Below, one piece after another: positions 40,933-50,213 of a stretch of DNA of 64,000 nucleotides. How positions within the stretch are numbered: the first letter of the stretch is position 1; the number at the start of each line of letters is the position of its first letter. This stretch comes from an uncultured virus (IMG/VR IMGVR_UViG_3300034066_002051) (taxonomy: Duplodnaviria > Heunggongvirae > Uroviricota > Caudoviricetes). The notes under the pieces were generated by a model. The model ran no database searches. It saw only the letters and a program-made list of their open reading frames with translations, and was not told the origin of the DNA. The position numbers and the translations under genes are program-made. The DNA lies in IMG/VR virus record IMGVR_UViG_3300034066_002051, one strand, 5' to 3'.

Positions 40933-41270
40933 TGGCAAATCAGACTTATGGCTATGATCCATTTAACCCCGCCGCTCCTGACGGAGCAGGATTTTACCTT
41001 GTGGCAGATGGGTCTGGTGGTGGATGTTATTATGGTTCTCAGTATGGTGTTCTTGGAGGCAGGATCGGCGTATTCCCAGATGGGAGTGAGTATAAGCAAG
41101 ATGCGGCCTCTCTAAGACAATATGTAATCGAGTTGGAAGCAAATCGTAAGATCCAAGATCTTGCCAATGTGCGTTTTATTCGTAATGTAAAACCTGGAGA
41201 TGCTTTGCTATATAACTACACAACAGGCTTCTGGGAACTTCAAGATTTTATTAGCGGCGGGGAATTTTAA
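40932..41270 (+). CDS. hypothetical structural protein
   Basis: 112 aa; IQDLANV...GDALLYN...W motif seen in virion proteins. Confidence 0.55.
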   Translation: MANQTYGYDPFNPAAPDGAGFYLVADGSGGGCYYGSQYGVLGGRIGVFPDGSEYKQDAASLRQYVIELEANRKIQDLANVRFIRNVKPGDALLYNYTTGFWELQDFISGGEF

Positions 41271-41273
41271 TCC

Positions 41274-42203
41274 ATGCTCTTAGAGATTGAGAATCAACTT
41301 CATAAGAGGGTCCATGGGACTCTTGGACAGAGCGCTGTGGTGATTCGTCTTGCTGAGGAGATCGATGAGTCGGGAAGAGTTGCTGAACAGGCAATGATTA
41401 TTGTCAGTTTTTCATCCAGCTCTACAAATAACCCAAATAAAGGCGCCTATATTCCTACTATTAGGAATAGAAAGCTTACTTATACTATAACTCTCATCCA
41501 GAAGCAAACCCAAAGAGAAGGACATAGTTTTTCTCTCCCAATCCTCGATCTTATTGCCGACTCTGTAACTGGATGGGTACCAGAGGTGCCGGGTCTTGAA
41601 TTCCAAACCGGATTTGAATTAGAGAATGAGAGATTTGTTCAAGTTACTGATGCATCTCAGTTTATTTACGAACAAACTTATTCCGTTGAGGTTCTAGTTG
41701 CTGATGGAAGATTTTACTCTCAACCATGTGCTGCATTTGACCCCATCTCTATCGAAGACTTCTTGCCAAAACGTAAATGTCTTTTAGACCCTAATCAGAA
41801 GTTTACTGGATTGGCTGTTTGGAGACGGGTCATAAATACAGAATATACAGAGGAGTATATTGTAGAAGATCCTAGATGCCCACGAGGAATATCAGATTCT
41901 CTTGAGTTGGAATGTTCTGAGGAATTGGATGGCACAGCTACCTACGAATTTATTCCTAGAATTGCCTATTCAATAGACGATGATGGTACTCGAGTAGTAG
42001 ATAATACCAAGGTAACGTCGGGTAATCTACAAAAAGTTTGGAAATGTTATAAGGGGAATGTCAATCCTTACCCAGATTGGTTTAAGTTAAAGATAGACTC
42101 TGGACTATGGAGAAATGAGGCCGGAACAGTGCCTAACTCAGATCCATTAACCTCCGCGCTCCAAGAAATCCCCTTTGGAATTAATAAAAATTACAATAGT
42201 TAA
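41274..42203 (+). CDS. tail terminator/neck protein, Mu gp37-like, with C-terminal extension
   Basis: MLLEIENQL...LDLIADSVTGWVP...FIYEQTY gp37-like pattern; follows the gp36-like gene. Confidence 0.6.
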   Translation: MLLEIENQLHKRVHGTLGQSAVVIRLAEEIDESGRVAEQAMIIVSFSSSSTNNPNKGAYIPTIRNRKLTYTITLIQKQTQREGHSFSLPILDLIADSVTGWVPEVPGLEFQTGFELENERFVQVTDASQFIYEQTYSVEVLVADGRFYSQPCAAFDPISIEDFLPKRKCLLDPNQKFTGLAVWRRVINTEYTEEYIVEDPRCPRGISDSLELECSEELDGTATYEFIPRIAYSIDDDGTRVVDNTKVTSGNLQKVWKCYKGNVNPYPDWFKLKIDSGLWRNEAGTVPNSDPLTSALQEIPFGINKNYNS

Positions 42204-42205
42204 AT

Positions 42206-42619
42206 ATGGAAACTTTATTCCTCCAAGCTTTAGAACTCCAAAATAATCTCTTAGGTGCTGCTAGATTAGCACATTGGAATATTGTTGGCACAAATTTTTA
42301 TCAGTTCCATCTACTCTTTGAAAAGATCTACGAGATGGTACAGGAAAAAGTAGATATTTTGGCCGAACAAGCAAGAGGTGCAAGGATTGAGATCAGAGCA
42401 TCCATCTTTAACTCCGTGCCTGAACTAACATGGGCCACTGCGTCTGATCTCTGTGATGGACTTCAAAGACTTAATGGAGAATTCAGAGAAGGGCTGGAAA
42501 GACTCAGAGAAGAAGCGGAGAGTGGACGCAATTACGGAATAGTAAATATTGTAGAGGATATACTTTCCGATTGTAACACTATTGAGTATTTATTAGGTTC
42601 AGTTTTAGAAGAACTTTGA
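42206..42619 (+). CDS. dps: Dps/ferritin-like protein
   Basis: AHWNIVGTNFYQFHLLFEKIY...DILAE Dps signature with ferroxidase H, H, D, E residues. Confidence 0.85.
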   Translation: METLFLQALELQNNLLGAARLAHWNIVGTNFYQFHLLFEKIYEMVQEKVDILAEQARGARIEIRASIFNSVPELTWATASDLCDGLQRLNGEFREGLERLREEAESGRNYGIVNIVEDILSDCNTIEYLLGSVLEEL

Positions 42620-42626
42620 TACTTTA

Positions 42627-42651
42627 AAGCCCCAGGCTCTTGCTCGGGGCT
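42627..42651. terminator. possible bidirectional terminator hairpin
   Basis: AGCCCC...GGGGCT inverted repeat between convergent dps and rlpA. Confidence 0.55.
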
Positions 42652-42677
42652 AACTTTGTATTCAGTTGTTAGTTATC

Positions 42678-43031
42678 TCATCTCCACGAGATGCAGACAT
42701 TGTGTACTCCTCGTGAGAGTGGACCAAGATCGCCAAAGGACTTAGCCGATAAGTCGATGACCCTTCCGCCGACAAAAGGTCCGCGGTCGGTGATCACTGC
42801 TCTCGTGCTTCGGCCATTAGCAGTCACAGTAACAACAGTACCAAAGGGTAGCCATTTGTGAGCTGCCTGGTTTGACCATGTATCAAACCTTCGACCAGAT
42901 GCAGTAATTCCACCTTGATATCCGTCCCCTAATCCATAATAACTTGCTTCTCCGCATTGTTGTCCTGCTCTTGCAGAAAGAGGGATAAGAGAAAGACTAG
43001 CCAGGGCTAGGGTAACTAAAGTTTTTTTCAT
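42678..43031 (-). CDS. rlpA: RlpA-like double-psi beta-barrel lytic transglycosylase with signal peptide
   Basis: GEASYYG, TASGRRF, AAHKWLPFGT, ITDRGPFVGGRVIDLS; start reassigned to MKKTLVTLALA. Confidence 0.88.
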   Translation of the reverse strand: MKKTLVTLALASLSLIPLSARAGQQCGEASYYGLGDGYQGGITASGRRFDTWSNQAAHKWLPFGTVVTVTANGRSTRAVITDRGPFVGGRVIDLSAKSFGDLGPLSRGVHNVCISWR

Positions 43032-43184
43032 GAGCTCCGATGTAATGGACACGATATTCCAGGGTCATCTTTGCAATCTGCAATTGTTTATAGATGAATT
43101 AGAGATACCATGACAACTACCCATTAAGCATGAGGATAAGTCTCAGAGGCTTGATAAATAGTTGAATTTAACTTTAAACTGAAA

Positions 43185-43463
43185 TCAGATCTTGGAATAG
43201 AGAGGACGGTTGTCCTTAAGATTTGATACCAGAGTGTTCAGAGATATAGGCCTGAACCCACCGTTCATAATTATACCACGGGATTTGGGATAACGAGTGG
43301 TAGGCTTCCCATTCCGTTTAAGTAATGTGATATTTGGATCAGCAGATCCAACCCATCTTGCTGTTTTGCGTTTCCTCATCATGAGATAGGGTTCCTCGAT
43401 AAGGAATAAGGCAAAGCCATGCTCTGCCATAAAGTACTCGTTTATTTCTTCAAATTTAGTCAT
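43185..43463 (-). CDS. hypothetical protein
   Basis: 92-aa ORF at the end of the small-ORF array. Confidence 0.55.
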   Translation of the reverse strand: MTKFEEINEYFMAEHGFALFLIEEPYLMMRKRKTARWVGSADPNITLLKRNGKPTTRYPKSRGIIMNGGFRPISLNTLVSNLKDNRPLYSKI

Positions 43464-43541
43464 TTTTGGTAAGCGTTATTAAGCCCCCAATATATAAATG
43501 CTGTAATGAGGGAAAATATAGTAAAAGTTTTAAATCCAAGA

Positions 43542-43958
43542 TTAATCAGAGGACTTATACGAGTCCATTTTAGAGATGTTTTCATAGCCCTGTAATACTC
43601 CGCGGATAAAGTGTATTCGGCAAGTTGGCCAGTCCTCCCATTCCCCATCCCATCGAGCAGGATATACGCAGACGTAGTCTGTGATGTCATGAAGAGTTAC
43701 CTTCCCATGCTTGCCATTTGGTAAAAATTTATACCTAAACAGAGCGGAAATTTTTTTCCCATCATCGACCCAGTTTGGATCCTCACCAAAGTCAAAGGCT
43801 TCACGGGTGTCAATAAGCCACAACCTCCCACTAGGATCGAGCCAATAGGTACTCATAGTGCCACCTATGCCCCTCTCCATGTCTTTTGTCTGGCACTCTA
43901 CCTCGGTAAAGGGTTCTCCAAGGTCATAAGATGATCGGAAGTAATCAAACATCCCCAT
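43542..43958 (-). CDS. hypothetical phage protein
   Basis: 138 aa, MGMFDY...QTKD...YWLDPSGRLW. Confidence 0.6.
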   Translation of the reverse strand: MGMFDYFRSSYDLGEPFTEVECQTKDMERGIGGTMSTYWLDPSGRLWLIDTREAFDFGEDPNWVDDGKKISALFRYKFLPNGKHGKVTLHDITDYVCVYPARWDGEWEDWPTCRIHFIRGVLQGYENISKMDSYKSSD

Positions 43959-44274
43959 TAACTTCTGCCTCCTTTAAGCAATTAATTTGGGCCATAATGG
44001 CATCGATGAAGTCTTGCTCTGTCCAAGTATTCAAGACTCTTTCAACCGGATCGTTTTCGTCCCATGAGAATGTTAGGGATCCATCACATTCTTCTATGCA
44101 CTCAATCATGTTACTTGCTCCTTGTGCTGGGTGTAGACATGATCAAAGAGTTCGTCAAGGATTTCATTACAGTCATGGTATTCAGAACTATTAAGAACGG
44201 TCTTTTCGATTTGGTATCGACGGATGGCATGGTAAATGAGTTTGTATTGACGTTGAGAAAATTCAGGTTTCATT

Positions 44275-44619
44275 TTAATCCTCCCAAGGGGCTTTGCGAT
44301 TCAGTATTTCTTTTAACCTTTCTATTTTAACAGGATCGGGGGGAGAGTGGATACGTCGTAACAACTCATCATAAGCCTCTTCAGAGACAGTAATACGCTC
44401 TGGTGGGTAGGAACCTTTACCCCAAAACTCCTCGAACTTATATATGTATTCCATGTGTTCCCATCCTCCATTTAAAGAATGCCAAAACTCTGGATAGACG
44501 TGATAGTCACCGAGGCGGAATCTGTAGTGGGAGATTAGACGATACCACCACCAGAATGGGGTATACTTAATAAATTTATTTGAGATGATCCACTTATTTA
44601 GAAAAGTTGGGAGGTTCAT
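44275..44619 (-). CDS. hypothetical protein
   Basis: 114 aa, ATGA-coupled. Confidence 0.55.
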   Translation of the reverse strand: MNLPTFLNKWIISNKFIKYTPFWWWYRLISHYRFRLGDYHVYPEFWHSLNGGWEHMEYIYKFEEFWGKGSYPPERITVSEEAYDELLRRIHSPPDPVKIERLKEILNRKAPWED

Positions 44620-44816
44620 TGTTTTAGTCGTATCTTACGCTCTGGAGACCTAGATGGGAGGAACCAATCATCGTATGGATAGATGTACATCTGGTACCAT
44701 CCACAGTTTATTTCTTCGAAAAAAGCAAGGCGGTCGATGTTATCATTGTAGTTGATGAGTCGAAATGAGACGCCATTACCCCATGCCCACCATGCCTCCT
44801 CAATCCATGCTTTCAT
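44616..44816 (-). CDS. hypothetical protein
   Basis: start reassigned to MKAWIEE. Confidence 0.5.
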   Translation of the reverse strand: MKAWIEEAWWAWGNGVSFRLINYNDNIDRLAFFEEINCGWYQMYIYPYDDWFLPSRSPERKIRLKQ

Positions 44817-44985
44817 CTGAATAATTAACATAGAGATTATCTCCTCCGATATTGAGATGGAAGATTTGGCCATTATTGAGGTATATTCCAAGCCACACTG
44901 CCCGGCCTTGTTCCATGGTTTCATAATGGACCATTTTAATATCCTCTAGGATAATCTCATCTGGGTTTTTAATAAATCGACTCAT
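44800..44985 (-). CDS. hypothetical protein
   Basis: 61 aa, ATGA-coupled. Confidence 0.55.
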   Translation of the reverse strand: MSRFIKNPDEIILEDIKMVHYETMEQGRAVWLGIYLNNGQIFHLNIGGDNLYVNYSDESMD

Positions 44986-45368
44986 GAATAATTAAAGTGG
45001 AGATGGGTTTGCCAGGTGAACATAGGTTGGTTTCTTTTTTGCATCATTTCCGCAACAAAATACGGAATGAATCTCGTATATTTGTCTAGAAATTCTCTTT
45101 CAGTTAATTCTTCAAACCCTTGCATGTAATAATCGCAATTAACAAACTTTGCAAACTTTTCTTTTTCTCGGTCCACGTCATCATATGATTGGTAATTACG
45201 ACAAATCATCAACCAATATGACCTACCCTCACCAGTAGCGAAGTAATCAACTGCAAAGAAACGATAGAATTCCCTACGCTCAATCTCAGCGAGTTGTTGC
45301 ATTGCTTCAGAATTTTCTTCCATAAACTTTTTAGCAATTTCTAGTATTTCTCGCTTTTTATCAGTCAC
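44982..45368 (-). CDS. hypothetical protein
   Basis: probable GTG start overlapping the upstream stop. Confidence 0.5.
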   Translation of the reverse strand: MTDKKREILEIAKKFMEENSEAMQQLAEIERREFYRFFAVDYFATGEGRSYWLMICRNYQSYDDVDREKEKFAKFVNCDYYMQGFEELTEREFLDKYTRFIPYFVAEMMQKRNQPMFTWQTHLHFNYS

Positions 45369-45882
45369 TCTTTCGGACCTTCTCAAGGTAATCCTTGCCT
45401 TGTTGATACAGTCGTTCAATCAATAGATTGACATCATCGGTAGAGATAACATCAAACTCATGATTTAGATTTTCATAACGCAGAGCATCTAACATACACT
45501 CTAGTGCCATAGCCTGTTGAAACTCGGGGGTAATATGAGTCCCCCAGGTAAGTCCAGATACTTCGGTATTATAGAATTGATTATATCGCTCAAGAATACG
45601 ATCGCTTCTTTGCTCTTGTTCCCACTCATCCTTTTCAATCTCAGCTAGGCGTAACATGGCATCCCCATGCTTCTCGTAAATCTCATCCAGGGTGTCAAGG
45701 GCTCTACGCTCTGCCTCGCGTCGCTCTGCCTCTTCAAACATTGCGTCTGGATAGGGTTCGTTATTCTTCATGAGTTGTTTAAGCCTCTGTTTTCCATATT
45801 CAGTAAGTTCGTGCTTTTTGGCGCGGAGCTCTTCTACTTCTTTGTCTGTCAAGTTGACCCATGGCATATCCTCATTCATCAT
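45361..45882 (-). CDS. hypothetical protein
   Basis: 173-aa charged helical ORF. Confidence 0.55.
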   Translation of the reverse strand: MMNEDMPWVNLTDKEVEELRAKKHELTEYGKQRLKQLMKNNEPYPDAMFEEAERREAERRALDTLDEIYEKHGDAMLRLAEIEKDEWEQEQRSDRILERYNQFYNTEVSGLTWGTHITPEFQQAMALECMLDALRYENLNHEFDVISTDDVNLLIERLYQQGKDYLEKVRKSD

Positions 45883-46162
45883 AGGACTTCTTCCTCAAGG
45901 CGTCAACCACATCCCAGAGATCTTCACAAAAGATTACAAAACGACCATGGCCAGGCTCTTGGTGCTCTCGGAGTTGCCTGATTGCGTACTCTAGGATATC
46001 GGCAATGCATTTACGATCAAAGGGGCTATCATCTAGGTCGGAAAAATTATTGTAGTAGATGTCCATAATCCCCTCGGCCACAGGATTGGGGAGTGAGTCG
46101 AAGGGGTTGGGGCGAGAAAGATCATTGCGGTTGTAGTCGTAATAATGCTCAGAATGTGTCAT
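45872..46162 (-). CDS. hypothetical protein
   Basis: start reassigned to MTHSEH (ATGA overlap). Confidence 0.5.
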   Translation of the reverse strand: MTHSEHYYDYNRNDLSRPNPFDSLPNPVAEGIMDIYYNNFSDLDDSPFDRKCIADILEYAIRQLREHQEPGHGRFVIFCEDLWDVVDALRKKSYDE

Positions 46163-46404
46163 TTGTTTCCCTCGCAATAAAGGAAGTATTTGTACTCTGC
46201 TGCCTGATGCGGAGCATACCTTACTATATCACATTCTTTGTATTTGTCAACCACTTCAAATAATGAGGAGTTCAGTGGTTTATCACCGTCTGTGGAAAAA
46301 CTAATAATCACAAGGCAAATTATACCGAAGATAACAAGGACACCGGCAGTAATACCGACGGCACGGAGAAACTCTTTAAGAGCATACTTATCATCTTCAG
46401 TCAT
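46159..46404 (-). CDS. hypothetical membrane protein
   Basis: 81 aa with one hydrophobic helix. Confidence 0.55.
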   Translation of the reverse strand: MTEDDKYALKEFLRAVGITAGVLVIFGIICLVIISFSTDGDKPLNSSLFEVVDKYKECDIVRYAPHQAAEYKYFLYCEGNK

Positions 46405-46589
46405 TTGATCTCCTTAGCAGTTTTTTGCACACGATCTTTCCATGATTCAAGTTTTTCTATTCTATTACATAATTCAGTGATGATGTGAATCAAAGAACGA
46501 TAATCAATGCTCTCAACATCATCTCCACCTTCCATATCATTATAATATGAGTATAGGAGTTCTTGTGTAAAGTTTCGTTTAGTAGTCAT
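46401..46589 (-). CDS. hypothetical protein
   Basis: start reassigned to MTTKRNF. Confidence 0.5.
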   Translation of the reverse strand: MTTKRNFTQELLYSYYNDMEGGDDVESIDYRSLIHIITELCNRIEKLESWKDRVQKTAKEIK

Positions 46590-46816
46590 TAGTAATACTC
46601 TTTCCTCACACATTCAATTTCAAGATCGTCTACTCGGTCTTGTAAATCCATAATAATCTCAACGATTTTCAAAGCATCAAGATTTCCATTATCATCAGTA
46701 ATCAGTGAGAGATATGATTTGTTTACAATCTCTCTTTGTTCTTCAACTGGTGTATAATACCATTCTTTTCTTTGTTTTTGGGTGTATGTGTCCCAATCTG
46801 CTGGATTGTATCTCAT
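46589..46816 (-). CDS. hypothetical protein
   Basis: 75 aa, coupled to neighbours. Confidence 0.55.
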   Translation of the reverse strand: MRYNPADWDTYTQKQRKEWYYTPVEEQREIVNKSYLSLITDDNGNLDALKIVEIIMDLQDRVDDLEIECVRKEYY

Positions 46817-47421
46817 CGTAGCATCCCCTTAATTTTTTCAAGGCAGTGGTTGAAACCTTCAACAAGTAGTTCAGTATTTACATTTTGTGAACCTTCAGCA
46901 GATTGTGGTTTAGGAAGCCAGTCCTCAACCAAACCTACAACGGTTTCAATATCCTCAAAATCATAACCGAGTTCATCATATAATCTATTGTAGAGTTTTT
47001 GTGCTTGTTGTTGTTTGATTAATTTATCAACTACTTCATCAGTAATACGATATTGGGGATTATCCTTCTCATCCCACTCTACTTCATCATAATGTTCTGG
47101 TTCATCAGCTATATTATCATACTTCCCCTTTTTTACATCGTTGAACCATACACCTTCAAGCAGACGATGAGTTTCACCATCGGTAATGCGTTCCAACTTT
47201 AAATCCAAGTAGGTCTCGTGACTAGTTCTCCTATACCAATAAACCTCATCAGGAAATTCAAAACGATAATAACTTTTTTTATTATAAGAGACAACCTCAC
47301 ACTTTCCATCAAATAGAAAGTTCATTTTTGGTTGAGATTTATGCGTCTCAATCTCTTTGAGGAGGTCAAGTTTCTTTTGAAGCACTTTGATTTCTGCTTC
47401 TGTTTTTTCGATTTCAGTCAT
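46813..47421 (-). CDS. hypothetical protein
   Basis: start reassigned to MTEIEK (ATGA overlap). Confidence 0.55.
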   Translation of the reverse strand: MTEIEKTEAEIKVLQKKLDLLKEIETHKSQPKMNFLFDGKCEVVSYNKKSYYRFEFPDEVYWYRRTSHETYLDLKLERITDGETHRLLEGVWFNDVKKGKYDNIADEPEHYDEVEWDEKDNPQYRITDEVVDKLIKQQQAQKLYNRLYDELGYDFEDIETVVGLVEDWLPKPQSAEGSQNVNTELLVEGFNHCLEKIKGMLR

Positions 47422-47603
47422 AGGTCGTAGGGTTGTTGTGGGTCTTTTTTCCAAACTTCTTTGTAAACAATCCAAGGTTCTTTTTGATGGGTCATTTGAG
47501 CAGACCAGTGATACCCATTTGTATCCACTGCATCAAGATAATGAATACGTGTCTTTGGGTCAATCACTCGTGTGATAGTTTTGAATTTTACTCGTTCAGT
47601 CAT
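47418..47603 (-). CDS. hypothetical protein
   Basis: 61 aa, ATGA-coupled. Confidence 0.55.
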   Translation of the reverse strand: MTERVKFKTITRVIDPKTRIHYLDAVDTNGYHWSAQMTHQKEPWIVYKEVWKKDPQQPYDL

Positions 47604-47938
47604 TTTACACCAAGTTGTTTGAGTTCGTCTTCAGTTAGATTAGCAAGGTCTTTCTTGAGTTGTTGAAATTTTTGTTCCTTTGCTTTTGCTTTTTCTGCTT
47701 TTTCTTTCTCCAGTTGCTTCAATCGTTTCTCATACTCTTTGTCGTTTTCTTCACGGAACTTGTAGAGATAATATTCGATGTATTTTTCACCACCATAATC
47801 CCATTCATATTCACTCTCAAGTCCCTCCCAACCAGCATCTAATTCTGCTTGAAGTGAAGAAATAATGTCTTCAAGTTTTCCATCAAAGTCCCCATAATAC
47901 TTTTGAGTTTCTTTGGCTTGAATTCGTTTGATAGTCAT
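47600..47938 (-). CDS. hypothetical protein
   Basis: 112 aa, MTIK...LTEDELKQLGVK. Confidence 0.55.
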   Translation of the reverse strand: MTIKRIQAKETQKYYGDFDGKLEDIISSLQAELDAGWEGLESEYEWDYGGEKYIEYYLYKFREENDKEYEKRLKQLEKEKAEKAKAKEQKFQQLKKDLANLTEDELKQLGVK

Positions 47939-48261
47939 TTTACTCCCAGCAATTCCTTTTCTTCATCAGTCAAACGAGCAAGAAGTTCTTGTCGTTTTTG
48001 TTCTTTGATTTCTTCTTGTCGTTTTTCTTCCAACATTTCATCAAGAACATCCATCATACCATCAATAGTGTATGATGCCTTATTCCAGTCGCTCTCACCC
48101 TTTTGAGTGATGAACATTTTTTCATCAAATCCTTCTGAACGGAACATTTCGTAGATACGAACTACATAATCACCATCTTTGTCCTCACAAACCTCAACGC
48201 TCAAATCAAGTTTTTCTGCTTTGGTAAAGAGTTTGAGAAATTCAGTTGCTTTGATAGTCAT
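47935..48261 (-). CDS. hypothetical protein
   Basis: start reassigned to MTIKATEF; ends LTDEEKELLGVK. Confidence 0.55.
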   Translation of the reverse strand: MTIKATEFLKLFTKAEKLDLSVEVCEDKDGDYVVRIYEMFRSEGFDEKMFITQKGESDWNKASYTIDGMMDVLDEMLEEKRQEEIKEQKRQELLARLTDEEKELLGVK

Positions 48262-48262
48262 T

Positions 48263-48436
48263 TCAGTTCTGGTGTTGTTTGAGGTGAAGTTGGATACATT
48301 CCATAACATCATCAAGTGTAGAAGCACTACCATCATAGTAATAATCCATATTCATTACATCTGTGACTTTGAGTTTGTAATAAAAATCTCCATCGGATGA
48401 ATACTGATGAATGATGATGTCAGTTTCGTAGTGCAT
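48263..48436 (-). CDS. hypothetical protein (57 aa, below ORF-track cutoff)
   Basis: MHYETDIIIHQYSSDGDFYY...KQHQN fills the gap between coupled neighbours. Confidence 0.5.
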   Translation of the reverse strand: MHYETDIIIHQYSSDGDFYYKLKVTDVMNMDYYYDGSASTLDDVMECIQLHLKQHQN

Positions 48437-48651
48437 CAGTTCTTAAAAAGTTTGTAGATTGCATCTGCTACTGCGAGTGCTTCTTCTTTATCCATAGTAA
48501 TAAAATTAACTCGTTTATCTCCTTCTCCCTTGCGAATTTCCCAATAGGAAACGGTGAAACCTTCGCAACCTAAGTCAACATTAAGATCTTCGACAGTATA
48601 CCAATAATCTGCGTGGTTTTGGATGCGAATTTGAGTTGTGATATCAATCAT
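48436..48651 (-). CDS. hypothetical protein
   Basis: 71 aa, directly downstream of promoter cassette copy 1. Confidence 0.55.
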   Translation of the reverse strand: MIDITTQIRIQNHADYWYTVEDLNVDLGCEGFTVSYWEIRKGEGDKRVNFITMDKEEALAVADAIYKLFKN

Positions 48652-48667
48652 CGGGTGTCTGTGTGTA

Positions 48668-48730
48668 TGAAGTTATTATAGACCAAAAGAAGCACCTATG
48701 GGATGCTCCTGGGTCAGTTCTTCAAGTGTC
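48668..48730 (-). promoter_or_regulatory. repeated promoter/stem-loop cassette, copy 1
   Basis: minus strand CACTTGAAGAACTG...GGAGCATC-CCATA-GGTGCTTC-TTTT...TATAATAACTTCA. Confidence 0.7.
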
Positions 48731-49141
48731 CTTTACCCATAAACAATCAAAACAGATCCTCATCATAAACCTCACAAAACGATTAGGCACTCGTCCTTCT
48801 GATGGAACATACATTATTCCATTTCCACCAGGACGATTACCAAATAAGTAGCATTTCCAGTTGGAGTATTTTGGTTGATGGAGTTTTACCCCCCAATCAA
48901 ATACACCATCTTCCTTTGCTTGTATAAAAGCATCACGAAGCCCTTGATCTACTTGCTCTGGTGTTTGTGGTTTTGGTTGAAAGTCAGTCATTTTTTTTCT
49001 AGGGTCTAAAACATCACGGGCACGGTCAGCAATCTGTCTCAAACTAATGCGAGGGTCATTATAAGATGTGGGTGTCCAATTATCACACCAACTATCAAGT
49101 TCAATAATAACTCGTTCTAATGCTGATTGAGTTTTATTCAT
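48722..49141 (-). CDS. hypothetical protein
   Basis: start reassigned to MNKTQSA; stop codon lies inside cassette copy 1. Confidence 0.5.
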   Translation of the reverse strand: MNKTQSALERVIIELDSWCDNWTPTSYNDPRISLRQIADRARDVLDPRKKMTDFQPKPQTPEQVDQGLRDAFIQAKEDGVFDWGVKLHQPKYSNWKCYLFGNRPGGNGIMYVPSEGRVPNRFVRFMMRICFDCLWVKDT

Positions 49142-49356
49142 TTCACAAAAGCTCCAATAGCAGGAACATCGCCACAAATCTCATTCACTCTTCCTACTGT
49201 TTGATCTTTGAGTGCTTGACGACACTCCAAGTTTTTATTGTATGTTTGTTGGAATAATACTCGTTGTTGTTGATCACCATATGTAAGAACAGCAGCAGCA
49301 ACGATTATAAAAATAGGTATAGTCAAAAATACCCAATCAAATCCATTAAATTTCAT
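49138..49356 (-). CDS. hypothetical membrane protein
   Basis: 72 aa, N-terminal hydrophobic helix. Confidence 0.55.
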   Translation of the reverse strand: MKFNGFDWVFLTIPIFIIVAAAVLTYGDQQQRVLFQQTYNKNLECRQALKDQTVGRVNEICGDVPAIGAFVK

Positions 49357-49559
49357 AGTGCCTCCACATCGCCAGCAATTTCATTTAGTTCTTGAGCAGT
49401 ATGAGTAAGCCAAGGTTCATTTGCAAGCACTCCATCTCTATAAATGAGAGAAGAAATTACACGAATAGAAGATGCTAATGCTTGTTTCATATCTTCTGTG
49501 GGATCTACAATCAATTCTGCTTTGAATGTTTCCCAGATTTGGTATGCTGTGTTAGTCAT
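49353..49559 (-). CDS. hypothetical protein
   Basis: start reassigned to MTNTAY. Confidence 0.5.
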   Translation of the reverse strand: MTNTAYQIWETFKAELIVDPTEDMKQALASSIRVISSLIYRDGVLANEPWLTHTAQELNEIAGDVEAL

Positions 49560-49774
49560 TGTGGTTCTCCAAAAAGTCCAGTGTATCCAGCGGAATAAGA
49601 TGTTTCGTAGCAACCATCATCATAACCCATTTGATAGATTTTTTGGGCAAAGGCAATCAGTTGTTCTTCCCAACACTCCCAGTAATCAGTTTGTGTCCCA
49701 TCATCTTTTTCACCTGTGAAACTATCAAATCCACAGGTTTTAGAAAGTTTGAGGATTTCTTCATTTAAAATCAT
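49556..49774 (-). CDS. hypothetical protein
   Basis: 72 aa; shares FAQxIYxMG motif with 50206..50421. Confidence 0.55.
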   Translation of the reverse strand: MILNEEILKLSKTCGFDSFTGEKDDGTQTDYWECWEEQLIAFAQKIYQMGYDDGCYETSYSAGYTGLFGEPQ

Positions 49775-49992
49775 TTGAGTGCCTCCAGTTCATCAGCAAG
49801 GTCATAAAGCAACCGAGCATCAACTACCATATCTTCTACACCTTCTTCTTCACAACATTGATAGTATTGATGCTCATTTACAATAGCACGAATAACAGCA
49901 ACCGCAATAGGAATCTCACACTCTTGGTCATTAGGAGTTCTGTAAAGTGCTTGTCGTGCTTCCTCTCTTATTTTTTGTGCTCTTTCAGTCAT
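49771..49992 (-). CDS. hypothetical protein
   Basis: 73 aa, ATGA-coupled. Confidence 0.55.
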   Translation of the reverse strand: MTERAQKIREEARQALYRTPNDQECEIPIAVAVIRAIVNEHQYYQCCEEEGVEDMVVDARLLYDLADELEALK

Positions 49993-50213
49993 AGCAATTC
50001 CAACTCATCACAAATAGCATCAATCTCTTTGAGACATTCATCCCATCCAGCATTAAACATCACATCCAGTTCATCAGTAAAATCAACCTTATTAGTTCCT
50101 GATAGTTGCTTACGAAGATGTTGAAGAACTTCTTGAAGCATCCAAGCAGTATTGTGTGCTTCACTTTTACAAATAACTTTTAGGAGTTCTTCTGCTTTTT
50201 GTTGGTTAGTCAT
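49989..50213 (-). CDS. hypothetical protein
   Basis: 74 aa, ATGA-coupled. Confidence 0.55.
   Translation of the reverse strand: MTNQQKAEELLKVICKSEAHNTAWMLQEVLQHLRKQLSGTNKVDFTDELDVMFNAGWDECLKEIDAICDELELL

Noticed and set aside
21378..42203. Integrated Mu-like transposable prophage in a bacterial chromosome
   Set aside because: No transposase, repressor or flanking host housekeeping genes; phage-type genes fill the whole window
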